Positions 29,804-40,200 of a DNA stretch of 64,000 nucleotides are shown in pieces (positions within the stretch are counted from its first letter, which is position 1; each line of letters opens with the position of its first letter). Under the pieces are notes generated by a model. It worked only from the letters and a program-made list of their open reading frames with translations, was not told where the DNA came from and searched no databases. The translations under genes were made by a program, and so were the position numbers. The stretch is from contig JAFIEZ010000005.1 in assembly GCA_020832235.1 (NCBI GenBank), positions 87,374-151,373 of the forward strand, written 5' to 3'. Source of the DNA: Bacteroidota bacterium. Its GTDB lineage: Bacteria > Bacteroidota > Rhodothermia > Balneolales > HLUCCA01.

Positions 29804-32800
29804 TCAGGTACTCCTTTTGTCCTTCTTGAAGTCGATTTTGATGGTGGTGTCATCGTCGAGGTTGTGAGCGTAGTACAATGCCGGGAGGAAATGTCCCAAA
29901 TGACGCAGTGATGCACTGTCAACGGCTCGAATCTTGGCTAAGGCCATGGTTTCGGCGATGGTTGTAATGAGGTATTCATCGCTCCAGGGCTCATTGGTTC
30001 TTCCCCCATCGGGAGGTATGGCCAGTAATACGGCCTGTGCCGGCCGCGAGGCGGGCGCGTCGTAGTGGAAGGCTACAGCCGTGGTTTCGTTTTTGTTTGG
30101 AATTACTTCAACCCACTCGTCAATTAATAGTCCGCAAACCGGTAACGTGAAGTCGATGTTGCCCGAAACCGGCTGATGCAGTGCCAATGAAACACACCCA
30201 TTTGGATAAGGTTGCGCGTTTTTCTCGAGACCAATCCAGAGGTCCTGATCGGTAGCTTTCTTTCCGGAAATTTGCGATACCTGGAAATCGCCGCCATACT
30301 GCTGGTCGGTTTCTTTGAGGAAAATGAGGTCGTTTAGTCGCTGGAATCCCTTGCGGATTCTGCTCATCCGCATGCGCCAGGTATTTACGGCATATGGATT
30401 TGGTCCCAACAGTGACTTCCTTCGGTCGGAATCGAACGCCTCGGTCAGTTTGTCAGCTACATCTTCTTCGAGGGTAAATTTGGGCACATAGATAAACTGG
30501 TCGCCGAAAAGGAGCTTCGCCTGCGCGGTGAGCACTTCTTGCTGCGTCATTTCGCTGCCTGCACCGGCCAGGCGGTCAATTTCATCGATTATCTTAGCGG
30601 CCTGTTTCAGAACGGCGTACATCAACACGAGCATCTGCTCTTTTGGGATGAATTCTCCGACTACATCGCCCGCAAGAACACAGTCGTCAATGTTAAAGAA
30701 GGACAGCCTGTGTAACCTCGACTTGAGGTCGTCTATGTCGGCATCCTGTCCCGGATAACCGGGTTCAAAGTAAACCTTTGCCAACGCTTCCAGGTTTGCG
30801 GCACTGGGCAACTCATGTACATACACATCCGAGGTGACGGGCTCAATTTCCAGCATATCCCAGAATTGCGCGTTTACCTCGGAAACCTTAATGATGAAGG
30901 ACTGTCTGATGTGCGAATACTGGGCTTTGAAATCATCAATGATTGACGCTATCGCTGTGTCGTTTACATAGCTGACATTCAGGTCGTCTGCTATTTCGGG
31001 CAGGGTAACATCCGACGGCTCAAGCGCACGCGTATTGGCCAGCAGTTTTTGAACGACAATGAGGGTTTCCTGTAATTCAGCGAGGGACTTCTTGCCGTTA
31101 CTTGTTACTTCCGGCTCAATGGCGATTCGTGCACCCTGAAGCGATGGGGTGCCTGCATGCTGTTCCTGCGCGGTTTTAATCATTCGTTTTACTAACTCCG
31201 GAGCCTCGCCTGTGCCCATTCCGCCCATGAAAACGAGGTCAAGCGCACAGATGTTCAAATCATCGAGCGTTATGTCTGCCGTACCGGTCTCCTGATTATC
31301 GTCATCCAGAAACCGAATACGGACGGTGTAATCATCCGGTGAACCCAGCAGGTTTACAGCCCACGATTCCAGCGCCGGCTGAGCCTTCGCTTTAGGACTA
31401 TCGGCATTCCAGCTCAGGACTCCATCACCAGGGAACATCGACAAAACACGATAGATATTGGAGACTCCGGTGCGCGGCGTTTTGGTTACTTCGATTTCAG
31501 GGACGGTCACTTCACCGGCAGACAAAGCCTCCAGTGTTGCAACACTCCGCATCTGATTGCCTTGCACGCTTTGATGCACGCTTTCCGAGAGCAGCAGGTC
31601 ACTTAGGGCATCAATGGTATCGTGTAATTGCAGCAGCAGCTGCGCAAGCTTGGCCTTCTCTGAGGCGTTGCCCGGAGTAAAATCTACATCCTGTTGCGTG
31701 AGCAATTGCAGAAGTTGATCCAATGCAGCAGCCTCTCGTTGATCTGCAGAACCGTCGGCATTATCCCGATACGTGGACCACTTCTTGTTCAGTTTTAGTC
31801 CGTGAACCACATTTCGAGCGGATATGCTTTCGGTTGGAGATCCATCGGTTTCATCGGGCCCTGCCTCTTTTCGCAACAGCGGGAAGGCGAGTCGAAAGGG
31901 GTATATGAATCGCTGAAGCGCAGCTTCCTGCAATCCACGCTCGAATTGGTAGCCTAATAATGCTCCTAATGGTTGTCCTTGCCGTACTCCTTCAAGCAAT
32001 TGCAAAGCACGTTGGGTTCTTGCCGAGGACAGGTCAATGGACAACGGACTTTTACCTTCGACATCCTTGTACGTCAGATAACCGTTGTAGAGAACAGCTG
32101 CAGTTGCGGCGTGATTGAGCGACGGGGCATGAATGTACCCTTCCGATTTGCGCGACTCCCTCGGGGCGAGATTTTCGACGTATCCGTATCCGCCCAGGTA
32201 TAGTCCCTCGGAGTTTTGTTGGCGAAGCTGCTTGAGTTTTGCGGTTGCGATGGAGGTCACCCAGGCATCCAGTCTATGTGATGACAGGTCAATCGTTTCG
32301 GCCACTAAACGCGCTAATTCAGCCGTGCTTTTGGTAGCCAGATTGCGCAGTGCATCCTTCACTTCGTCGATGCGGCCGCTGTTGAAGCTGTCTGCAGTGG
32401 CTGAATTCAGGGCCCTCAAAGGGGTCTGATTGAGATACTTACCGCTCGTAATCAGCAACTCTGGCTCGGGAGGACGATTTTCAACCAGCCAGGGCAGTCC
32501 AACTTCGCTGTCAATAATGCCGTTCGTATACTCCCAAAGCAGCGAATGCCGCAGCATATGGTACAGGAGCGGGGTCGGATTTTCATGATCAAAATTCAGG
32601 GTATTATCCCTCAGATCGGCAATCAATTCTTCGTGACCCTGTTCACTCAGCCAGGCAATGTAATTGGTTTCGTAATGATCGCTCAGGGACTCATCTTCCC
32701 GGGGAGGCTTGCCTGAAACGATGGCCTCGTTAATGCTGAAATCACAAATGGCATGTAAACACCTCGCCAGAAACGGGGATAAATCAGGAAGTCCGGCTCG

Positions 32801-34342
32801 GGTCAGATTTTGCACGGATCGCTGCCGGCTTTCTTCAAAGAACGTCTGTAGAATTTGTGCCTCGTTGGCTGAAATCTCCCCCTTATTTTTGAAGAAAAAC
32901 AGATTCTGAAGGAAAACAGGTCCCATAACCGATCGCGCCTTAAACACAAGCGACAACGGATTCATGCTCAGCATATCCAGCAGATTCTTGCCCGGATCGC
33001 CTTCTCGGTGTATGCTTGGCACCCCGCGTACAGAGTCCTGCCAGACGGGATAAAGCTGGTGCAATATCTTCTTCAGCTGAATTTCATGAATCGAATCTTT
33101 GAACTGATCGCTAGGTACAGGAGGCGAAGATACAACGGGCATAACGGGTATCACACCATAAGGCTGATTGCCAATTCTGATAGCAGGCAATGGTCCCCGG
33201 CTTCTGACATTGTGCATGTAATGCTGCCGTAGCCAGGACATAAACGACGGATTTGCCGCCCTTCTGAACTCGGTAGCTTGCAACATCTGTGCAATATAAT
33301 ACTCCCAATTTCCGGCCCACATCGCGGTATTCATGTCGCGGGCGTTCGACTGTTCGGTCAATTCGGCGTTCTCCACATCGTGAAAGGGATAGTATGGATG
33401 ACGGACCTCCGTTGAGCCGGAAGGTAATCCAAAAGCGCGTGCCAGTTGTCCGGCATTCGAGTCAGCGCTCAATTCATCCGATGCTGAAGCGTTCAGGATT
33501 CGCTTAACGATATCCTCATAGTTGTGGTTGTGGAATCCATATCCCGAGGGAGCATCTTCGGTATTGTTGGTTGGCGTTCCCTGCTTTATGATGCCAAGTC
33601 CGGAGGTATAATGATGCGCCTCCATCAGTTGACGGAAGGATGTCGACCCGGTTTTGGTGTCGCTTTCGTGCCGAACTCCCAGAACAAACAACTGATCGAT
33701 GCCCTGTTCCACGTTCCCGAAATCAACGCCATACGGCACTTCCAGGGCCATACCAACACTCAGGGCCTCCTGATAATCTACCATCCATGTCAAGCCTTTA
33801 TCATCGCGTAGCGGATCGAAGCCATCGTCGACATCATCCACGGTTTCATCTTCACCAAGTACAGGACTCGGCCCTATAGCCAATTCGTTCGGGATTTTAT
33901 TACCGGTTACAGAAAACACCTTCTGTCCATTTCGGTAGCCTATGGCCGTCCAGTAATGCGGAAGTGCGTGCGTTACCGGCGCCTTGGTCCATGAATACTC
34001 CTTTTTGTTCCCGCTCAGTATATGCTCGCTCTGCTCCAGCACGCTTTTCGTAATCCATCCGGCCCTCTCAGGACCATAGCGATCGGCCAGGTCGGCCCAG
34101 GCACCCGGTAGTTTGTCGGAATCCGGGTCATCACGCAGCAGCTTTATAAAGACCAAACCGGCCTCAATTTCTTCCTCTGTAAGGTCGGTCTCGTGCGTGT
34201 TAACGTGGATGTCATCCGGCAGGACACGGATTTTGAGTTTATTATCCAAAAACCTGGTTTCAAGCCGTACCGGCAATAAAGCGATGGGCGTTTGAACGTT
34301 AAGCCGATCAAGATTGGGTATGTTGGAATGAATTTCTGGCAT
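29804..34342 (-). CDS. Giant-operon gene 4 (1512 aa), unknown function
   Basis: Uninterrupted 4.5-kb ORF starting 4 nt after the gene 3 stop. No signal peptide, TM segment or P-loop. Blocks 'ALLPVRLETRF', 'RGPLPAIRIGNQPYGVIPVMPV', 'SHRLDAWVTSIA', 'LGALLGYQFERGL'. Confidence 0.9.
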   Translation of the reverse strand: MPEIHSNIPNLDRLNVQTPIALLPVRLETRFLDNKLKIRVLPDDIHVNTHETDLTEEEIEAGLVFIKLLRDDPDSDKLPGAWADLADRYGPERAGWITKSVLEQSEHILSGNKKEYSWTKAPVTHALPHYWTAIGYRNGQKVFSVTGNKIPNELAIGPSPVLGEDETVDDVDDGFDPLRDDKGLTWMVDYQEALSVGMALEVPYGVDFGNVEQGIDQLFVLGVRHESDTKTGSTSFRQLMEAHHYTSGLGIIKQGTPTNNTEDAPSGYGFHNHNYEDIVKRILNASASDELSADSNAGQLARAFGLPSGSTEVRHPYYPFHDVENAELTEQSNARDMNTAMWAGNWEYYIAQMLQATEFRRAANPSFMSWLRQHYMHNVRSRGPLPAIRIGNQPYGVIPVMPVVSSPPVPSDQFKDSIHEIQLKKILHQLYPVWQDSVRGVPSIHREGDPGKNLLDMLSMNPLSLVFKARSVMGPVFLQNLFFFKNKGEISANEAQILQTFFEESRQRSVQNLTRAGLPDLSPFLARCLHAICDFSINEAIVSGKPPREDESLSDHYETNYIAWLSEQGHEELIADLRDNTLNFDHENPTPLLYHMLRHSLLWEYTNGIIDSEVGLPWLVENRPPEPELLITSGKYLNQTPLRALNSATADSFNSGRIDEVKDALRNLATKSTAELARLVAETIDLSSHRLDAWVTSIATAKLKQLRQQNSEGLYLGGYGYVENLAPRESRKSEGYIHAPSLNHAATAAVLYNGYLTYKDVEGKSPLSIDLSSARTQRALQLLEGVRQGQPLGALLGYQFERGLQEAALQRFIYPFRLAFPLLRKEAGPDETDGSPTESISARNVVHGLKLNKKWSTYRDNADGSADQREAAALDQLLQLLTQQDVDFTPGNASEKAKLAQLLLQLHDTIDALSDLLLSESVHQSVQGNQMRSVATLEALSAGEVTVPEIEVTKTPRTGVSNIYRVLSMFPGDGVLSWNADSPKAKAQPALESWAVNLLGSPDDYTVRIRFLDDDNQETGTADITLDDLNICALDLVFMGGMGTGEAPELVKRMIKTAQEQHAGTPSLQGARIAIEPEVTSNGKKSLAELQETLIVVQKLLANTRALEPSDVTLPEIADDLNVSYVNDTAIASIIDDFKAQYSHIRQSFIIKVSEVNAQFWDMLEIEPVTSDVYVHELPSAANLEALAKVYFEPGYPGQDADIDDLKSRLHRLSFFNIDDCVLAGDVVGEFIPKEQMLVLMYAVLKQAAKIIDEIDRLAGAGSEMTQQEVLTAQAKLLFGDQFIYVPKFTLEEDVADKLTEAFDSDRRKSLLGPNPYAVNTWRMRMSRIRKGFQRLNDLIFLKETDQQYGGDFQVSQISGKKATDQDLWIGLEKNAQPYPNGCVSLALHQPVSGNIDFTLPVCGLLIDEWVEVIPNKNETTAVAFHYDAPASRPAQAVLLAIPPDGGRTNEPWSDEYLITTIAETMALAKIRAVDSASLRHLGHFLPALYYAHNLDDDTTIKIDFKKDKRST

Positions 34343-34346
34343 TGGT

Positions 34347-37244
34347 TTAATCGTTAATCAAGCCATCTGCATGAATAGCAAACAACGTGGGCGTATTGTA
34401 AATAGACTTGGCTACATCGGCCGCATTTGGATTGGATTGTGCAAGTGTTGCGAAATCAATGTTTTGAGGCAGTTTGAAACTGAGATCGGAAACCGGCTCT
34501 TGCAACACGAAGAACCAGCCCTGATGATCAGCTGCGCCTTCATCGCTTATGACCTCATCGGGCGCCAGGTTGAATCCGAAAAAGGAGATGTCGGCCTCCA
34601 TCGATCCCTTGAAAATGGGCATTCTGATGTTGTTGTCGGTCGATGCGTCTGGAACTCTGTCGGTTGTGCCGATTCCGGTTTCTTCCGATTCCTTCGCTTT
34701 CACAGCATAAATAATGGTGTTAGGATATCGGCGCAGTAAATCTCCCCGAACCATCAAAACCAACGGGGTTGTAGAAACGTCGTCTTCCGAAGGGGAGGGA
34801 TGTTCACCCAGATGATCTCTCCAGCGATGGATGTAATCTATGTCTTTCATCCGGTCCGCATTCTGTTCGTCGGACAAATTTTCATCGGGTATGCTATCGC
34901 TGACATCCCAGAATTGACGGAAATACGTGGCCCTCAGTTCGGTTGGGAATCCCCTCCAAAGCAACTCTCGACCCATTTCGTGATTCACGCCCGTCATGTA
35001 CGATTCGATGAAGGCACGGTTTGCCTGGGCTATAGTAATGGTATTCTGGGGGATTTTCTCGAGCCCCGAAAGGATGTAATCTTTGGAGAGGTCGCGCAGG
35101 GCAATGTACATGGGCTGAGGAAAGTACGGTGCGGCTCGTATCGGTTCGATGGGATCGTTGGGGTCTGCAAGGTTGCCCGGTATGGAAATGCGACCTCTAA
35201 CCCGCTTGGGAATGGTCTTCACCGGATCCAGCTCCTGCAGCAGATGGGTTCGGATGCCGTTCAGATTTAGCTCTTTTTTTGGAGCCTTGGTTTCGGCGGG
35301 GGTGAAGTAGAGGTCGTCGAGGGTCTTGGCCGCTGCCTGCTGAAACGTAGTTCCACGTATGGTGACGGTCGCTGATCCATCGCCTTCGCCCATTGCAATG
35401 TCCATGCTGTCGGAGGCGTCTGTGTTTCGAATCGCGTCCCCGGTGTACGACTCCGGATTGAACTTATCGCGTAATGCATCGTTTGGGAGCCGGTCCCTCA
35501 GCCATTTAACTGCGTACGAGAACCCGAGCAAGAGTACAAAAACAACGAGGGCAATCGGAATGAGGTCAACAAATACGAGCAGGAAAAACAGGATTAACAA
35601 TCCAATCGCAATGGCGCGGACGATCTTCTTAATCTCGGCTACGTTGCCTTCCAGCCATTTTGGCACCGGAATAACGGGGATGGGAACCTCTGTCGACTCG
35701 GGGGTTACCATTCCATCGGGCGGGGTGTCGTCGGGTTCGGCACTAATTCGGCCCGAGTTGATGTCATCCATCAGTTTGGACACGCCATCCAATGCCTTAT
35801 CACCGAACAGACGTTTTGCGATAGCACCATTCGGACGAAACAATCGCTGGAAGGCGCCCGAGAAAAAGGCGGCGGGGATTCTTCCCGTTTCGAGGGTGCC
35901 TGCAACGGTTTGACCGTTATTCTCCTGGTCAATAACTCTCGACTGAACGGTGCGTGTGGCTTGCAAAAAGGAGGTCAGGGGCAGGTTTTTCAGATGCTTT
36001 TCGTGCAGCATGGTTCCGGCCGAGCGGGCGACCTGAGCCTGCTGGAAGTACTCGTTTACACTTTTCAAGTCACCAACCTGCTCCCAGGCCGAGTGCATGA
36101 GGTGTTCCTGGTCGTTTTGGATGACGTTGGTGCCGAGTCCGGCCGTTGCGCGATTTCGCGGGTCTTCATTCAGCGTGTTGAACCATATTCGGGAGGTTTC
36201 GTCAACATGCAGATGGTCCCGGTCTGCCTGGTTGTTTCCGTAGAGCGGCGGACCAAGCACGGGACCGGTAAAGTCCTCGGTTACGGGCTTGTTCAAGTAC
36301 TCCCGCAATTCAGATTGAATGGTAGAGGGATTTTCATCGCGATTAAATCCGGGTGGCACCAATGCGCTTTCAAACAGCACCGGTGAATGGTCCGAAAAAT
36401 CGAGCGTTGCTCCCGGACTGCTTACATCCATTTCCCGGGTTCCTACGCCATCCGGAAGCGGCCTCCCTCTCAATTGTCGAACCAACGTCTTGAAATCGCC
36501 CTTATCTCCGGTACCAAACTCCCAATGATAGTAAACCGGAAGGCGCAGCGAAACCTCGGAGCCTGTCCATGCCGGATCACTTTCGTCGCCGGTAAAGGCC
36601 TCTCCAAGTCCGGCCTTCACCCCGGACTTATACGCTGGCACCAGGAAAGCCTTGTATTTTTCGTTCGCATCCAACGCTTGCGGGCTAACAATGCGGGAAA
36701 TGAGCTTCTCGGGGGTCTGCTCCAGCAGAGCTTCCCAATTCGTGTTGCTGTCGGGCACGTCTTTATCGCCCTGAACATGTGCGAACGACCAGGCCTTGTT
36801 CAACGCCGGCAATCCGGAAGGGTTGTTTATCGTGAGGATGGGAAGCGGATTTCTGGGATTGTTGCTTACATCGGCATCGCTCGACTTTACCACAATCAGC
36901 ACAATCCACGGCCATAGTTTATCGCCATCCGGACTCACCGGCGTAAACATCCATGGAAAGTCAGGCCGGGAGAACTCAATGGCCACCAGATTGGTCGTTT
37001 CGAAATCATACACGTGTTTTTCCGGGGATGTACGGATAATCAGTCGTTGATCAATACCGATGATATCGCCGGGCCCATACGTGGATAAGTCCTTCGTTAG
37101 GGTCTCTTCAGAGGAGGTTGAGCCATCATCATTGCTGCGTTTAATGGTTAAACCCAGCGAAAGCCTGCCATCCGATGAGGACCCTGCCGCCAATCCCTTC
37201 CGAAGAAACGGGAACAGTTTGAATTCAGCTAAGATATCGTTCAT
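34347..37244 (-). CDS. Giant-operon gene 3 (965 aa), unknown function, central TM hairpin
   Basis: The start overlaps the gene 2 stop (ATGA). The hydrophobic stretch 'IVRAIAIGLLILFFLLVFVDLIPIALVVFVLLLGFSYAV' (aa 541-579, nt 35508-35624) splits two large soluble halves. Blocks 'YGPGDIIGID', 'PDFPWMFTP', 'LLWRGFPTELRATYFRQFWD', 'MVRGDLLRRYPNTIIYA'. Confidence 0.9.
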   Translation of the reverse strand: MNDILAEFKLFPFLRKGLAAGSSSDGRLSLGLTIKRSNDDGSTSSEETLTKDLSTYGPGDIIGIDQRLIIRTSPEKHVYDFETTNLVAIEFSRPDFPWMFTPVSPDGDKLWPWIVLIVVKSSDADVSNNPRNPLPILTINNPSGLPALNKAWSFAHVQGDKDVPDSNTNWEALLEQTPEKLISRIVSPQALDANEKYKAFLVPAYKSGVKAGLGEAFTGDESDPAWTGSEVSLRLPVYYHWEFGTGDKGDFKTLVRQLRGRPLPDGVGTREMDVSSPGATLDFSDHSPVLFESALVPPGFNRDENPSTIQSELREYLNKPVTEDFTGPVLGPPLYGNNQADRDHLHVDETSRIWFNTLNEDPRNRATAGLGTNVIQNDQEHLMHSAWEQVGDLKSVNEYFQQAQVARSAGTMLHEKHLKNLPLTSFLQATRTVQSRVIDQENNGQTVAGTLETGRIPAAFFSGAFQRLFRPNGAIAKRLFGDKALDGVSKLMDDINSGRISAEPDDTPPDGMVTPESTEVPIPVIPVPKWLEGNVAEIKKIVRAIAIGLLILFFLLVFVDLIPIALVVFVLLLGFSYAVKWLRDRLPNDALRDKFNPESYTGDAIRNTDASDSMDIAMGEGDGSATVTIRGTTFQQAAAKTLDDLYFTPAETKAPKKELNLNGIRTHLLQELDPVKTIPKRVRGRISIPGNLADPNDPIEPIRAAPYFPQPMYIALRDLSKDYILSGLEKIPQNTITIAQANRAFIESYMTGVNHEMGRELLWRGFPTELRATYFRQFWDVSDSIPDENLSDEQNADRMKDIDYIHRWRDHLGEHPSPSEDDVSTTPLVLMVRGDLLRRYPNTIIYAVKAKESEETGIGTTDRVPDASTDNNIRMPIFKGSMEADISFFGFNLAPDEVISDEGAADHQGWFFVLQEPVSDLSFKLPQNIDFATLAQSNPNAADVAKSIYNTPTLFAIHADGLIND

Positions 37245-40200
37245 GGCAAGAGTTCATTTTGGTCAACGACCTGGTGTGTGTTTTGGCCATCCATCTGGCG
37301 AAGTTTTTGTGCTGTTTCAGCGTAGCTGCCTGCCGTAAAGTCGACCGGCTGCATGGACTGCTTGTCGGTAATGGCATAGGCTTTTTCCTTCAGTTGAATT
37401 CCCATGGATGGAGCGTTGTACCGGGCGAATCCTGTTTTTGTGAGGCTTTTGCCAATAGCGGCGCGGTTGCGATTCATCACCGTCTGGAACTTAGGATGCA
37501 GGGTCAGTTTGAGTGCCAGCGGCACATCCTGCGGACCATCCACCACAATTTGCTCATATTCCAGCGTTTTCAGGGTGCCATCGGGGGCAACGGCGGTGCT
37601 GGACTGAATCTCGGCACCGGCGGTAAACGACTCAAACGAAGGACGTGAAAGCTTTTCCTTATCGGTTAGCGACAAAAACTGAGCAGGGGCAAAGTACTCT
37701 TTGGTTTCGCGGAAGGAGGCATCGTTGCTGTTGGACGTTATGCCCTCAATGCGGAATGTTCGGGCCCCGGTTGGCAGCGCATTCCCGAATTTCTCGATTT
37801 CCAGGTTAAAAGGAACAACCTGCTGCCGGAACTGAATAACGCCAAGAGGATGCACTTTTTCTGAACTTCCCTCTTTGAACATCACGAAGGCATCATCCTT
37901 TGATGGGAGCTCGGCATACCAGTTATCATCGGCTTCAAGCGCACTTTTGAGCAGAGGCCAGACATCGGCGCTCGGCAGTTCTTCCGGCTTCTTCTTGCCA
38001 ATGGTAAGATCAAAGGAAATGGATCCCTTGAACAGGAGAATTTTGATGGTGGCCTTGCCTTTTGCCCTCCATTGGTTGGGACCGGACAGGGTAAACGAAA
38101 CCGACAGTCCCATAATGTGCTTCGATTTTCTTCGCAAAGCCACCGATCCATACACATCTACGATGAAATAAAACGGCGAAAACTGAAAGAGAGCATCGAA
38201 ACCCAGGGTTCCGGTAACATTCCAGTTACCCGCTGCCGCGTATAGGTCGAGCCGGGCTCCGACCTGGGCTGTGTTCGAGGTCAGTGCCAGGTAGGCCTCC
38301 AGCCGCATTTTGGGATTGTTTCCCGAGGACAGGCTAATGGCCAGTCGATCAAGTTCCGGAAAAGCCGGCGGTCTATTAAATGCAGGATGCATGCCTCCCA
38401 ATGAGAGCGCAAACGCGGGTTTATTCCCGTATTTCATGCGCATTGCCATATCGCCCGAAAGCGTGTATAGCGTTAATCGGGAGTCGAACAGGGTTGCGTC
38501 AATGGATATGGTTTTCTCGCCAAAATCAATCACTCCCAGCATATCCAGGTTGATTTTCACCAACGCGGCCTGTTCGGTAGGTAAGGCCATCCGGATTCTG
38601 CCCAGAATAATCAGGCGCAGCGGTGATGGCATATCCAGCAGTACACCCAGCTCAATGGTCAATATTTTTGGTGTTCCCCAGGTGATGGAGGCCATGGGAC
38701 CAAAAACGTAGCGGCTTTGCTGCACCGGGAATATGGAGCCGAGGCTGCTGATGAGTGCCGGGGCGTTGTTCACCGGATCTTGCGGGAAGAGAATGCTGCC
38801 CAGACTGTTGGTGCGTAATCCTTCGCGCATCGCCTCTACCAGTACATTGCGGTGGGCGCCAAACAATCCGCCGACTTTTGAAAGACTAAAGCCAAAGCCC
38901 AGCTGGATGGATGGTGTGAATTCAGCGGTGATGATGAGCAGCAGTGAGTAGCCCTTGGATCCATCCGGCATTTTGGTGTTGAGAATCCCGATGGCGTTGA
39001 GTCCCACTTTGGCAAACTCGAGCTGCAGCACTCCCGCATATTCGCCCTTATCGGGATTAAAACTGAGGAAACCTCCACCGGTGACCGCTCCGGTATCTAT
39101 GGTTAAGCCAATGGCGGATGGGGGCCTGAACGAAAGGCTGAGTCCGTAGCTGTCGTTCGAGGACCCATGAAAATTGAGCACATTGAAGGTATCGGGGTCG
39201 GTTCGTCGGCCTATGCTTGCCTTTAGTCCCAGTCCGTCAACCGACATGGCCAGGGGACCGAGTTTGACATTTCCGGTGAGCAGGGCCTCAATATCCAGCT
39301 CCTGATTGGTAAATGCCCCCGATAATTGAATGGTGCTGACATTAAGCAGGCTCGAAGGGGAGCCGGTATTCAGGGAAATGGTCGTAGATAAGTCATTCCC
39401 ATTCTGAAAATACAGGCCGTTTTGGTCGTTGAAGCCGAATACGATATCAAAGGTATTCTGTAAGCCATTCTCCGGCAGTATCGTAGCGATGAAGCCGTCG
39501 GGATTGTCAGGTTGCAGCGAAAAAGCGACATCCTTCAACTGAAATCGAATATCGTAGGATTTATCGTCGTTTTCGACCTCGAGTTTGGCCCCGAGATCCA
39601 TCCCGTTAAACGTTATGTTTGCAAGTCCGGGCAGCGAAAACAGGGAATGACCGGGCGGAGGGGCGATGTACGTCAGGTTTGATGCGACCGACAGTTCTGT
39701 TGATATAGCCCCGTCGTTGAGGTTGACGGTTCTGAATCTGTTATCGGTAAACTCGATGGCGGCGTCCAGATCTGCTGAAAGAGATGATTGCAGGGCCCAT
39801 TTCAACGTGTTGGACAGGGTTCTTTCGAAATTTAAGCCCGCGTTGCCGAAGAAGTTTAGTCGGAGCCCGGACTGGTCGCTTTGATCGCTGTAGCCTGACA
39901 GAAACGCGCCGAGCTCGGCAGTCTGGGGCGGGGTGTTGTTCTGTAATAATGTAAGTCTGATGGCGTTGGATGTAAACTCGTCATCAATCAGTTGAATCAG
40001 TTCTACGTTTTCGGTCAGGTTGGTTAGTGCGGAATACAGCCTGATAATCAGGTAATCCGGATTGAAAGATGAAGAGTTCGTGTCAAAAATATTGCCCAGC
40101 TCTTGTAATGGATCCTGAATTATCTCGGCGATTCTGGAAAATTCGATTTTTTGTCTTTCCGAGCTGTCGGTTGTAATCAGCCCCGCGAAAACGGATGCGT

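Noticed and set aside
35359-36917. Three consecutive plus-strand ORFs (184, 158 and 176 aa) inside the giant operon
   Set aside because: All are antisense to the uninterrupted 965-aa gene. They are Ser/Arg/Gly-rich with no motifs, so they are shadow ORFs.
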